Origin: the human T2T-CHM13v2.0 reference genome, Homo sapiens
Assembly (NCBI RefSeq): GCF_009914755.1
Contig: NC_060929.1
Direction: 5' to 3' (one strand)
DNA length: 64,000 bases
The notes under the pieces were generated by a model. That model made no database searches. It saw only the letters and a list, made by a program, of their open reading frames with translations, and was not told where the DNA came from. Position 1 is the stretch's first letter, and every line of letters begins with the position of its first letter. Position numbers and translations under genes: made by a program. Shown in pieces: positions 24,085 to 37,967 of this stretch.

Positions 24085-24275
24085 CTCTTGGGATACTGCG
24101 TCTTGATGTCAGCAACATTTTTGACAAAAATTGCATGGATAGGTTTGTGGTCATCATCAAAAAAAAAAAAAAAGTATGCTGGGTTGTATGGTTAGTTAGC
24201 CTGATAGCTGAATAAGCAATGGTGTCCAAACATTGTGGATCTCACATAATACCTGACAACGAGTTTCCATGGTAC
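24085..24275 (+). mobile_element. L3/CR1 LINE reverse-transcriptase relic
   Basis: Translates ILRLDVSNIFDKNCMDRFVVIIKK, resembling CR1 RT motif VIYLDFSKAFDKVSHDILVDKMEK. Confidence 0.55.
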
Positions 24276-25769
24276 TGGCTGGCAAGCGACAGATACTGCA
24301 AGGCTGGCATAGGTCTGCCCATACCTGATTGGAAGGCAGGTATCTTTATCATTAATAGCTTCTCACTCTAAATGTTTTTCCCCCTCTCTTTACTCTCCTC
24401 CTAGGCTTATGTCTAAACTTATTTTGCTACTGGGATAAAGGGGAGAGGAGTCAGCCTCTGTAACAGAGGCAAAGTTACATGTCCAAACTACATACACATC
24501 TGACAAAGGCCAGCTGCAGAGACCAGAGGGGCCAGAGCTGGTATTTGCAGATGGCAGCGTGGCCTCAGGCCCCCAAGTGAGCACTGCCTATAAAACTGTC
24601 TGACCTTGGAGGTGTACAGGGTTGGTGTGCTATGGTCAACTCCTCACCCCCAGCAAGGGGTCTACCCCAAAGTCTTTGTGTGGAATTCCTTTGTCTTTGG
24701 GGAGATTCTTTGGGGGCTGCCTAGAAATCAAGACCTTCCCTAGCTACATATGTTGCCACAGAAAAGTCGGATTTCCTGTCCTACCAACCTAATCCCCACA
24801 GGAAATGGGTCGGACTTAAGGTTCTGGAGATGGCCATGATCTTCTCCCAACCAGCTCTGCCATGTTTCTATCTTCTATAAGACTTCCCTGGTGCCATTGG
24901 AGCTTGTCTACGGGTACTGCCACGGAACAACCACCAGATGAAATTAAGTCTCAGGCCCCAAGTTCAGAAACACCACAATCTTTAGGGGAAATATGTCGAG
25001 TGGCCCTTTATCCAGTGATAAGAGAAAGAGCCACTGCTCTCTGAAGACCCTCAAAAACATTCTGTTCCTAAAGACCCCTCATTTCCCTTCCAAATCTCTG
25101 TGAAGTCATCTCCTTAGAGTGTAGGGGGGAGACACAGTGAGGCTGTCAGGTCCTTCCGTAGTTCTGGCTCAGGTTGTTAAGGTCTCCGTTGAGCCCGGAC
25201 ATTCACAGTCAGTGCGAGACTGGAAAGCAGCATTTAATGTGTCAAGTTATTGCTACAGAAAACACTGTATATGACCACATTACACCTGCTTAATACAAGT
25301 AAACAGTGGGATGTGGCTGCCATTAGCTATATGCTATAAAGATAGTGAACTGTTTATTGTCACCCAGGCCCTCTGCTCCCTGGCCCACCTAAAGCACTGT
25401 GCTGGGCGGACCAAAATGCCTTCTCCTTGAAAAAGAGTTTGAGAAAGCAGAGACCCGTTCGGGATTGAGTGCTGTCAGGAAGGAAGGGGGAGGCAATTCA
25501 GAGCTCTGATCTGTCATTTTTCCCTAGGAGTAGGGAGGATTTAAGAGCCCACTGCTGTTAAATCACATAGCACAAGCCCAAGTCTTATACTCTGCCTCTC
25601 CTAACTGCCTCTTACTTAGAGGCCCCATGTTTCCTCTGATGCTTATTTTCCCACATTGACACAAGTTTAATAAACCTAACTTTGACTCTAGTGAATTTAT
25701 GGCAATCTTTGGCTAATGCAAATGGAAAACCAGACACTGTTGATTGCAATGTATTGTTTGAAGAGGATC

Positions 25770-25937
25770 CCTTGTCTTCTCAAATTTCACTGTGCATATA
25801 AATCAAATTGCGGTCTTGTTAAAATGCATACTCAGATTCAACAGGATGACGGGGGTGGGGCCTGAGAGCTTGCATCTCAAGCATGCTCCAGGTGATGCCC
25901 TTGCTCCTGGCCTGAGGCACACACTGAGTAGCAAGGA
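25770..25937. mobile_element. MER5A1-like hAT MITE
   Basis: cttctcaaattt...tcttgttaaaatgca...ggggtggggcctgaga...ccaggtgatgc...cacactgagtagcaagg. Confidence 0.8.
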
Positions 25938-25944
25938 TCTGGTA

Positions 25945-26095
25945 CACTGGATCTCAAACCAGATATTTTTTTAAATCACCTGGAGAGCTGCAAAAAAATT
26001 ACTGAAATTTGGATCTCACTCCCAGAGATTCTGATGTAATTGCCACCATCAAGGCAGATGATTCCAATATGCAGCAAAATCTGGGAAATATTTTC
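25945..26095. mobile_element. MER5B-like hAT MITE
   Basis: aatcacctggagagct...actcccagagattctgatgtaattg...gattccaatatgcagc. Confidence 0.7.
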
Positions 26096-28299
26096 TACTA
26101 TCTTATCATAGAGTGTGGAAGGCATTGAGGAGCTAAAATAGCAATTGCAAAGAAAACTGTACAGATAAACCAGGGCATGAGAAGGAAGAGAGAAAAGATG
26201 GAGAATTTAGAAGCATTTTGCATTTCTGGGATCGCAGAAGTAAGAAAGTTGAGCCAGGAATAGTGGGATGCTAAGTAAGGTTATAGGTCTGGCTAGAGTG
26301 TGCTTAGTGCATTCTGTGTTACGCTGGTAATAGGGCTCTTACCCTGTGATAATGATGATAATGTGCAATCTACATGTAAATTAAATAAATAGTAATAAAA
26401 GACAAGAGTTCTGGGAGTATGGTCAGCTCCACCATGAAGAAAGGTCAGGTAGGACAATAGAGGTTTTGAGCCACAGAGAAGAATGAAGACACAAAGAGGA
26501 AGAACATAAATTATGCATAAAAGAGCTAAGCAACCTATGTTCTTCTAGGGCTTCTGGGTCCTGCTGACCTATAGCTTCTCTCACTGCCCTAGGTCAAATC
26601 AATATATGTAATAAATTATGCATTTACTTCCCTCATCTTTCTACTCTTCAATTATCACTTCTGGAAAGTGAAAGGCATATGCCTTCCCTACAATGCCCAG
26701 AATAAATCTGCTCCTTGACTTACTGACTCAAGCATCACCATGGTCCAGGGCATTGGGTTTATCCAGAAGAGGGATCAGAATCATAAGTCAAGAGAACTGC
26801 CAAGAAATATGGTGATGAATCCTCTCTGCCATGCACCTACACCTGCTCATGCGAGAGCCCAGCTGCTGTGGAATTTTCAACACCAGTAGTTTCCATGAAG
26901 GATGGCTGTCTTTGCTTTGAGATGCCTCTGCAGAAGCTACCAAGGTGAACTTATCACTCTCCAAGGAGTCTTGTGTTTGAACAATGCCATCCCAAGCATA
27001 CTCCCCAATTTCAGTAAAGATCTATACTCTGCTGAACCAGATAAATGAACTGCTGTAAATACGAGGAGAACATTTTTATGTTTAATATCAGATTCCAATA
27101 GGTAAGGATGGTAGCCTTCAGCCTATTGCCTTCTATGAGTTTTAAATGTGACCCTAGCCAGTCCTAAAGATGTGCCTTTTCCTCAAGCAAAGTAACATGT
27201 CTGAATGAGAATAGTCCCTCCTTAGAACATCAAAAGCCCTCACTTGCTCTCACAGTGGAGCAGGATGCAGCTAAATAATTTATGAATACCTCAGCTATAT
27301 AAAGGAAATTAAAGATGACACTTTTATTCTTTAATATTCTTCTATTCTCCAATGCTCATTTTCTCTACTGATTATGTATAAAATCCTGAGGATAATTCCC
27401 ACAGCACACAGAGCTCTGATCATGACTACTAAGATCAAGAATTACTTGTCTTTGTGATCCTACCTGCAGGAATTGGCCAGGATGACAAGACCAGCCTCAC
27501 TCGGGGAGTGGGCACAGATAGTGTCTGTCTGGGGGCTCAGATTCTAGAGCACCCAGGCTACCCAGCTCCTTTTGGTTGATCTCTTAAATTTCACTCTTGA
27601 GTGACTGTCCCTTGATCACATTTGAGAGCTCACATTTGTGCCGTGTTTAATTGTGAATTAAACATCTGAGCCTGCGTTCTTATTGCAGCTCAGGAAAAGC
27701 TGAAAGAAAGCTGAGCAGATGAAGACAGTCAGGGGAGTGGAAGAATGACTTCCCCTCTCTCTCAAAGACCCAGTTCAAGCTTCTCCCATTGCTCTGTGCA
27801 CCTCTCACCTCCTTTCTCCCTTGTCCCCCCCCACTCCCTTGCCTAGCCAGACAGGAAGGAAGCTGAAGGCCAGCAGGGACCCCAGGCTCCCGGAGAGGAA
27901 TAGCGCCCAAAAGGATCACCTGGTGGAGGTCACAATTTGAACGGATGCGTGGATGCTCCCAGCTTTTGCAAAAGACAGTGCTTCAAAGTACACTGATTTG
28001 CTCTTTCTTCCTCTCATTAATCTTGATGCTTGGTGTTGCTAAAAAGAGGAAAAGCCTTCAGAGTCTAATCAGAAGTGAGAGCTTCAGCAGCTTCTACTCC
28101 TCAACACATACTCCCCCTGGGTCCTCTCCCACCTTTCTGTTCCCACCTTGTTCACAAAGCACGCCTTTCCAGAAGAGAACCAATAAAAATAGCAGCAGTT
28201 GTAAAACAATGTTTTATGTGTTGTTTCAGGTAAATATCTGTCTCACAGTAGGGAAAGCATTTCCAAGCATAGAAATAAAGAAAAGAGAACATAAAGTAA

Positions 28300-29230
28300 A
28301 AGTTTGATGGGTTCGATCACATAAAAATTTAAAATGTTTATGCAACAAAAGCTTCCAAAAGCAAAATCTCAAAAACACAAACTAGAAGGAAATTGGGACA
28401 CCATAAATAACAGACAATGGGTCATTATTCCTAATACATAAAATGCTCTTACACAGTAGAAAGAGATGAATATGCCACTAGGAAAATTGGCAAAATGGGA
28501 AAGGCTGATGCACAAGATAAAAAAATACATATGGACAATAAAAATATTTCTTCAAGTTCAACTTATGGTCAAATCAAAGGACTTTAAATGCTGGGCTCAT
28601 TTTTAACACATCATATAAGCAATTGTTTTACAATAATACTCATTATTAGTGAGGTTATAAGACAGTGGATATTTATATGTCACTAGTGAGAATGTTACCT
28701 GTTACATCCTTTTTAATAGGTAATTTATCAATATTCATCAAAATTCTTAAAAATTTTCTATAATGTTTGACTTACTAACTCTAATTCTATGAATTTACTG
28801 TGAGGAAACAGTCAAAGATATAAACAATTATTTATTAATAAAGATGTTAAACACAGGGTCAGTTATAAAGAAGAGAAACAACTTATATGTATGACAGCCT
28901 AAATCTTAAACATAAGTGGTATGTAATATCCAGAACAAGAAATATTGGTCATTCACTAAAATCTATATTTTAAAATGATATTTGATGACATGGATAAATA
29001 TTCACATTTTTAAAAATGACTTAAAAGTTATAACAGTATGGTCTATAAACCTGTTTCTATTTATTTGTGAATGTGTGTAGGAGTATGTGTATCCCTTGAA
29101 GCAGTGACACATACACAGTGGGGATCCAGGAGTAATGTGACCACTCAAGACTAAAGTTTCTCAGGGAGCTTTATTTTTCTGTATTCCTCCAATCTATGAT
29201 TAATATATAAATATCTTCAGAAAAAAATAA
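28300..29230 (+). mobile_element. Very old L1ME 3' region
   Basis: A-rich degraded ORF2 3' end and 3'UTR motifs (ataacagacaatggg...cctaatacataaaatgctcttaca; gaaaattggcaaa; gacatggataaatattcac). Confidence 0.65.
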
Positions 29231-29501
29231 AATTTTTAGAAATTGTACATGTTTTAATTGATCAAAATGTCATTATCCATTATACTCTGCAACAGAATAT
29301 CCAATCTACTTTTTAATTGCATTCCTATCAAAATGCCCATCAAAGGAGCTGTGGCCCTGGAAGAAAAGAATATTTCTACATGACAAACCCAGCAAACACT
29401 GTGCCCTCCGCATTTGATCATACTAACAGACAACTCTTCTAATAATGTTTGAATCCGTTACCAGCCCACAGAAAACAGGCAATCCCCAAACTCCAAATTA
29501 A

Positions 29502-29802
29502 GGTCTTAGACACTTTAGGCTGCTGCAACAAATTACCATAGACTAGGTGGCTTAAACAACACTGACTTATTTCTCACAGTTCTGGGGGCTGGGAAGTTCA
29601 AGATCAAGGTGAAGGCAGATTCAGTTTCCACATGGCCATCTTCTCATTGTATGGCCAAGAGCAAGAAGCAGCTCTGGAGTTTCTTAGGTGCTTCAGAGAG
29701 CACCTACATGAGGGCTCCACCCTCATGACCTAATTACCTCCCAAATACCTCACTTCCTAATACCATCACGTGCGGGAAAATGCAAACATTCAATCTATAA
29801 CA
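29502..29802 (-). mobile_element. MLT1A/A0-like solo LTR
   Basis: ggctgctgcaacaaattaccatagactaggtggcttaaacaac...catgagggctccaccctcatgacctaattacctccc...caatctataaca. Confidence 0.88.
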
Positions 29803-29887
29803 AGGTTTATAAACAACCATTATAAAGATCTCATATATTTTGGAACAGTGCCTATTTCAAAGTATGCTATAAATATAAAGCTTTTGG

Positions 29888-30172
29888 GGCCAAGCATTGT
29901 GGTTCATGCCTGTACATCCCAGCACTTTAGGAGGCTGAGGTGGGCAGATCGCTTGAGCCCAGAAGTTTAAGACCAGCCTGGGCAACATGGCCAAACCCTG
30001 TCTCTACAAAAAATACAAAACCTAGCTAGCTGGCACATGCTTGTAGCCCCAGCTACTTGGGAGGTTGAAGTGGGAGAATCACTTAAGCCCAGGAGGACTA
30101 GGCTGCAGTGCGTTGTGATCTTGCCACTCCAGCCTGGGTGACAGGGCAAGACCATGTCTCAAAAAAAAAAAA
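29888..30172 (+). mobile_element. AluJ
   Basis: J diagnostics gatcgcttgagcccag, agcctgggcaacat, ctctacaaaaaat, ggctgcagtg. Confidence 0.93.
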
Positions 30173-30176
30173 TGCA

Positions 30177-30179
<3 letters not shown>

Positions 30180-30221
<42 letters not shown>
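30180..30221. repeat. (TA)n microsatellite
   Basis: Direct reading. Confidence 0.97.
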
Positions 30222-30225
<4 letters not shown>

Positions 30226-31925
30226 AAAAGTTTGTAAAAATTGCAAGACTTAAAAACCACATTGAATTCTATGGAATGAAATTACTCAATGTAATCGAAT
30301 TTTTATGTCATTGTATTTCTTCACCTTTATCTAGAATTTTTCTCCTAGAATTGTCAGATTTAGAGTGGTTTGGATATTTGGTCCTCAGTGGGATGGGAAA
30401 GTACACTGTGAGGAGAGTTCTGTACACATGGCATCCCTAAGCAGCCTATGACCAAGCTCAAATATGGCATTTTTGTATGTCCTAATCCAACTGAAAAATA
30501 GGCATTATAAAATATTTCTCCATCTGGTGATGGCACATTTTCCACATGGAATTCTCCATCAAATGTTATAAGACATAAGCTCCCAATTGATCTAATTTGG
30601 TCTACATTTTCTGCTCATCTTTTGTTCTTTTGAGAAATGGCAGTGCCTTTACAGTTTGTCTTTTATGGTAAGCTGCATCTTTTCCAAAGTGCAGTGATGC
30701 GTGGTTCCCAAGATGTGTTAATCCTGGTGAGATTTACCCTTCTCCCCTAGAGATTTCACTAAGCACCAACCCGCTCCTGGTGTTTATCATTTTAATGAGG
30801 CTCCTTAAAGAGCATCTCCTCAAAACAGACTTTCAGGTAGTCTCCTAAAAAAGCTAATGTGAATTCACTGATCCTTCAATATTTAAAAATATTTCACTAG
30901 GAAGGATTTCTTGAGCCATCTCTAAAGCAAATGTAAGAGTTCTGATTTCTGTCTCACCTTGGCAATAACAGGGTTAATTTAGTCAAGTCACAATCTCTCT
31001 AACACTTGATTACTTTTTCTGAAAAATAGAGAGAGGTATGCATGTGTGTGTCATGTGTGTGTTATGTGTTCATCATATGGAATACAGCCTAGAAGGATGC
31101 ACACCAAAATGTTAACAGTGGTCACCTCTGAGCAAAGAGATGATGGGTGGTATTTTTAATACGCTTTTCACAAATACATGAAATTTGCAAGGAACTAAAT
31201 AGTAGTAAAAAAAAAAACAAACTCTAGTTTTACCTGATCTACCCTAGATCATAGCCTATTAAAATTATTGCTGAATATTAAATATACTTATAAATAAAAA
31301 CAAAAATATTGATTTTTTGAGATGCTTTTAAAAGTCTAAGATTTAGTAAAATAATAGTTTTCATACAGTTTTATAATCTGGGAACAATACAATATTGTAA
31401 CTAGGATTATGAACTAGTTCCTCTATGTAAAAGTAAGAGTTCTGAATTAAGAAGTAAAAACATGTAGGCTGGGCTGAGATTTTAAAAATTATAATTATTC
31501 ACATTGTTCAGAAAAGACAAAGAAAATATCTTCTTTTTTTCTTTTTAATATCTTTTGTATAAATTTACAGAATGTCATCTTAAAGTAAAAGCTGGGAAAA
31601 GAAAATTTATGTACTCCTTGGGATTTTTCAGATTCGAGGGGATTTGATAAATTCTACCCCTCTTTCTCGGCAAGTTATAACTCAATTTAAAACTAAGATA
31701 AAATAGTAAAGCAAATAGAGAATCAAACTAGTTCCAATATTGCTGCTAAAGCTGATATTGGAGAATGCAGCATATGTCTGGTACAAGCAATTTTCTGATG
31801 CTGAATCCCCCAGTTGGACTGACTGACACCCTGTCATTGCTGTAGTACTGGACCATGCAGCACTGAACCACAGGGACAGGCCTCACTGCTAAGCTAACTC
31901 ATGACAGCAACTAATGGAGAACATT

Positions 31926-32281
31926 TGCAATAGACTGAAGGTTTGTGTACCACCAAAAATCCATACATTAAAATTCTACCCCCCAATATGATGGAGGAAG
32001 GGCCTTTGGGAGGAGGTGCCTTTGAGAAGTGATCATCTCATAATAACAGAGCTCTCATGAATAAAATGAGTTCTCTTATAAAAGAGGCCCCTTTCTGCCA
32101 TGTGAGGGCACACTGAGAAGACACTCTATGAGCCAGAAAGTGGACCCTCACCAGACACTGAATCTACCAGTATCTTGATCCTGCACTTCTATCCTCCAGA
32201 GCTGTGAGGAATAAATCCCTGTTATTTAGAAGACACCCAGTCTATGGTATTTTGTTGTAGCAGCCCAAATGAACTAAGACA
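31926..32281 (+). mobile_element. MLT1A0-like solo LTR
   Basis: tgcaatagactgaaggtttgtg...ccctcaccagacactgaatct...gaactaagaca; TSD acatt/acaat. Confidence 0.9.
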
Positions 32282-32990
32282 ACAATTGATATCAGTGAAT
32301 AGAACAACTCCCAAGAGGAAGGGGAGATAAAGCCACAGACATAAATAAATTCCCTTCTTGTACTAAATTGTCCATTAGGTACACTTGCAGAAGGAATGAG
32401 TTAGGGGGTGAAGACCTGTCAGTCAAGAATATTGCATGGGCAATCATTCAGCAAGGATTAATAAGTGTCTCCTGCCAATCAAAGCAGGCATCTTTGTTCA
32501 GTACCTTGACACCACTGGTGATTAAAATATTCCACATCCATGAATTTATTTTTGATCTTAAATTTTCTTTAATTCAGAAATATTTCTTTTTTATTTATTT
32601 TTTAACTGACAAGTAAAAATTGTATATATTTATGGTATACAACATGTGATATATATCTACATTGTGGAATAGCTAAATCAAGCTATTTAACATGTACATT
32701 TCTTTCATATGCTTATTTTTTGTGGTGAGGACGCCTAAAATCTAATAGCTTAACAATTTTTAAATATATAATACACTGTTATCTTTAGTTGTCATGATGT
32801 ACAATGGAGCTCTTAAGTTATTCCTTCTGTCTAACTGAAATTTTTTGTCTTTTGGCAAGGATTGCCCCAGTGCCTCTATCCCAAGCCTTGGGTAACTGCA
32901 ATTTTACTCCCTATTTCTATAAGTTAGAATCTTTTACATTCCACATATAAGTGAGATAATGAGGTCTCTGTCGTTCTGTGCCCGGCCATT

Positions 32991-33424
32991 TGCTATGGTT
33001 TGAATGCGCCCTCCAAAACTCATTTGGAAACTTAATGCCCAATGTGGCAGTATTGAGAGATAGGGCCTTTAAGAGGAGAGTGGATCATAAGGGTTCTGCC
33101 CTCATTAATGGATTAATTCATTCGTGTTTTAATAGATTAATGGGTTAATGGATTAACAGGTTATCATTCAAGGAGAACTGGTGGCCTTGTAAGAAAAAGA
33201 AAAGAGACCCGAGTGTTAGTGTGCTCAGCCCCGTTACCATGTGATCCCCCGTACTGGCTTGGGACTCTCCAGAGAGTCTCCATCAGCAAGAAGGCTCTCA
33301 CTAGAGGTGACTCCTCAACATTGGACTTCTCAGCCTCCACAATTTTAAGAAATACATTTATTTTCTTTATAAATTACCCACTTTCAGGTATTCTGTTATA
33401 AGCAACAAAAAATGGACCAAGACA
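32991..33424 (+). mobile_element. MST (MSTB/C-like) solo LTR
   Basis: tgctatggtttgaatg...aagaaggctctcactag...tataaattacccactttcaggtattctgttataagcaac...gaccaagaca. Confidence 0.9.
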
Positions 33425-34195
33425 GTATTTCTCTTAACATAATATCCTCCAGGTTTATCTATTTTATAACAAATGACAGGATTTTGTTTTGTTTTGTTTT
33501 GTTTTTTTACTTCTTTCTAACTTTCAGTTTCAGTTTGGGGATACGTGTGCAGGTTTGTTACATGAGTAGATTCCATGTCACACGGGTTTGGTGTACAGAT
33601 TACTTTTTCACCCCAGTAATAAACATAGTACCCCCAATAGGTAGTTTTTCAATCGTCATCCTCCTCCCATTCTCCACCCTCAAGTAGGCGCCAGTGCTTA
33701 TTGTTCCCTTCATTGTGTCTATGTGTACTCAATTTTTAGCTCTCACTTGTAAGTTAGGACATGTACTATTTGGTTTTCTGTTCCTGTATTAATTCACTTA
33801 GGATAATGGTCTGTAGTTCCATATGCGGTGCTGCAAATCACATGATCTTATTCTTTTTATGGCTGCATAGTATTCCATGGTGTATATGTACCGTATTTTC
33901 TCTATCGAGTCCACCATTGATGGGCATGTATGCTGATTCCATGTCTTTGATACTGTGAATAGTGCTGCAATGAACATATGCAAGCATGTGTCTTTATGGC
34001 AGAATAACTTATGTTCCTTTGGGTATATACCCAGTAGCAAGATTGCTGAGTTGAATGAATTGCTGCTGTAAGTTATTTGAGATATCTCCAAATTGCTTTC
34101 CACAGTGACTGAACTAATTTACATTCCCACCATCAGTGTATAAGCATTCCCTTTTCTCTGCAACCTCACCATCATCTGTTATTTTTTGACTTTTT

Positions 34196-34496
34196 TCTTT
34201 TTTTCTTTTTTCTTTTTTTTTTGAGATGGAGTTTCACTCTTGTTGCCCAGGCTTCAGTGCAGTGGCACAATCTTGGCTCACTGTCACGGATTCAAGCAAT
34301 TTTCCTGCCTCAGCCTCCTGAGTAGCTGGGACTACAGGCACCTGCCACCACGCCTAGCTAATTTTTTTGTATTTTTAGTAGAGATGGGGTTTTGCCATGT
34401 TGGGCAGGCTGATCTCAAACTCTTGACCTCAGGTGATTCACCCACCTCGGCCTCCCAAAGTGCTGGGATTACAGGTGTGAGCCATCACGCCCAGCC
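34196..34496 (-). mobile_element. AluS (Sq/Sx-like)
   Basis: Alu dimer; TSD attttttgacttttt (34181-34195, from 34497). Confidence 0.96.
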
Positions 34497-36883
34497 ATTT
34501 TTTGACTTTTTAATAACAGCCATTCTGACTGGTGTGAGATGTTATCTCATTGTAGATTTGATTTGCATTTCATTAATGATTAGTGATTTTGAGCATTTTT
34601 CCATAAGCTTGTTGGTTATGTATATCTTCTTTTGAGAAATGTCCAAGTTCTTTGCCCATTTTTTAATGGAGTTATTTGTTGCTTGTTCATTTTTTAAAAT
34701 TCCTTATAGATTCCAGATATTAGACCTTTCTCAGATGCATAGTTTACAAATATTTTCTCCCATTCTGTAGGTTGTCTCTTTACTCCATTGATAATTGTTT
34801 TTGCTGTGCAGAAGAAGTTTTTCATGGGAGCTATAATCAACAAGGTCCCATTTGTCAATTTTTGTTTTAGTTGCAATTTCTTTTGGAGTATTTATCATGA
34901 AATCTTTGCCAGGACCTATGTCCAGAATGGTACTTTCTAGATTTTCTTCTAGGGTTTTCATAATTTTAACTTTTACATTTAAGTATTTAATTCATCTTGG
35001 GTTGATTTTTTTATATGGTGTAAGGAAGGGTCAAGTTTCAATCTTCTGCATACGGCTAGGCAGTTATCCCAACATGATTTATTGAATAAGGAGTCCTTTC
35101 CCACTGCTTGTTTTTGTCAACTTTGTTGGAGATCAGATGGCTGTAGGAGTGCAGCTTTATTTCTTGGTTGTCTCACCTATCCCGTTGGTCTATGTGTCTG
35201 TTTCTGTACCAGTATCATGCTGTTTTGCTTTAGCCTTATAGTACAGTTTGAAGTCAAGTAGTATGATGCCTCTGGCTTTGATCTTTCTGCTTAGGACAGC
35301 ACTAAACTTTTAGGCTCTTTCTTGCTTCCATATAGATTTTAGAACAGTTTTTTTTTTTCCAATTCTGTGAAACATGTCATTGGTAGTTTGATAGGAATAG
35401 CACTGAATTTGTTCACTGCTTTGGACAGTATGGCCATTTTAATTATATCAATTCTTCCTATCCATGAGTATGAAATGTTTTTCCATTTGTTTGTGTAATC
35501 TGTAACTTCTTTCAGCAGTGTTTTGTAATTATCGTTGTAGAGGTCTTCTCCCTGTTTAGCTGTATTTCTAGTTATTGTATTCTTTTTGTGGCTATTATGA
35601 ATGAGATTGCATTCATGATTTGGCTCTCAGCTTGGATGTTGTTGATGTATAAAAATGCTGATTTTTGTACATTGATTTTGTATTCTGAAAGTTTTCTAAA
35701 GTTGTTTATCAGATCTAGGAGCTTTTGGGCAGAGACTATGGGGTTTTCTAGGTACAGAATAATATCATTTGTGAAGAGAGACAGTTTTTCTCTCGTTTTT
35801 CTACTTCTTCCAGGTGTAATCTTAGATTGTTAATTTGAGATGTTTCTGATTTTTTGATGTTGGCGCTTAGTGCTATAAACTTCCATCTTAACACTGCTTT
35901 AATTGCGCCCCAGAGATTCTAGTATGTTATATGTTTGTTTTCAACAGTTTCCAAGAATTTCTTGACTTCTGCCTTAATTTCATTGTTTAACCAAAAGTCA
36001 TTCAGGAGCAGGTTGTTTAATTTCTATGTAATTGTATGGTTTTGAGATATCTTCTTGGTATTGATATCTATTTTTACTGCACTGTAGTCTGAGAGTGTGG
36101 CTGTTATAATTTTAGTTTTGTGAATTCATGGAGAATTGATTGAGGGCCAAACATATGTTTTATGTTAGAGTATGTGCCATGTGCAAATAAGAGGAATGTA
36201 TATTCTGTTGGGTGTAGTGTCCTGTATCTCCATGTCTATTAGGTCCATTTGGTCAAGTGTTGAGTTTAGGTCATGAATATCTTTGTTAGCTTTGTGCCTC
36301 AATGATTTATCCAATATCCTCTGTGGGGTGTTGAAGTTTCCCACTATTATTGTATGGTACTCTAAGCCTCTTTGTAGGTGCCTAAGAAATTGTCTTATGA
36401 ATCTCAGTGCTCCAGTGTTGGGTGCATATATATATTTAGGATAGTTAAGTCTTCTTGTTGAATTGAACCCTTTATCTTTATGTAACGCACTTCTTTGTCC
36501 TTTTGTATCATTGTTGGTGTAAGGTCTGTTTTGTCTGAAATAAAGATAGCAACTTCTGCTCTTTTTTGTTTTTAATTTGTTTAATAGATTTTTCTCATCC
36601 TTTTACTTTGAGCCTATGTGTGTCATTACATTTGAGATGGGTCTGTTGTACAGAGCATACAGTTGTGTTTTGCTTTTTTATCAAACTTATTATTTTGTGC
36701 CTCTTAAAGTGGGGCATTTAGCCCATGTACATTCAAGATTAATATTGATATGTGTGGATTTGGTCCTGTCCTTGCATTGTTAGCTCATTGTTACATAGAC
36801 TTGATTATGTAGAGTTTTACAATGTCTATGGTCTATGTACTTAAGTGTGTTTTTGTGGTGGCTGTTAACAGTCTTTAGTTTCC

Positions 36884-37571
<688 letters not shown>

Positions 37572-37809
37572 CTAGCAAGGTTAGGGAAATTTTCATGGAT
37601 GATATTCTCAAATATGTTTTCAAGGTTGCTCACTCTCTCTCTTTCAGAGATGCCAATGAATCGTAGGTTTGGGTATCTTTACATAATCCCATATTTATTG
37701 TAGGTTTTCTTCATTCTGTTTTATTCTTTCTTCTTTATTTTTGTCTGACCGAGTTGATTTGAAGAACCAATCTTCGAGCTCTGAAGTTCTTTCCTTAGCT
37801 TGGTCTATT

Positions 37810-37967
37810 CTACTGTTAATATTTGAGACAGTACGAGGAAAGACTTCTAGTAACTTTTTAATCTCTATCAGATTAGGCTGGTTCTTTACTACTGTTAATA
37901 CTTGAGACAGTATGAAGAAAGACTTCTCGTAACTTTTTCATCTCTATCAGATCAGGCTGGTTCTTTC
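37810..37967. repeat. 2 x 79 bp tandem duplication in L1 ORF1
   Basis: Units 37810-37888 and 37889-37967, about 6-7 mismatches. Confidence 0.93.

Noticed and set aside
24541-24562. CTCF-like motif ttgcagatggcagcg
   Set aside because: Lacks the conserved 5' CC of the core motif; not supportable without ChIP data.
27070-27107. Possible 10-nt micro-exon (atcag|attccaatag|gtaagg)
   Set aside because: Weak pyrimidine tract, frame-shifting length and no gene context.
27945-28307. 120 aa ORF with a hydrophobic N-terminus
   Set aside because: No family resemblance, Ser/Phe-biased composition, and a length expected by chance.
29777-30181. Repeated aaaatgcaaacat as a TSD around the AluJ
   Set aside because: The first copy lies inside the MLT1 LTR ~100 bp before the Alu start and is part of the LTR end; probably coincidence.
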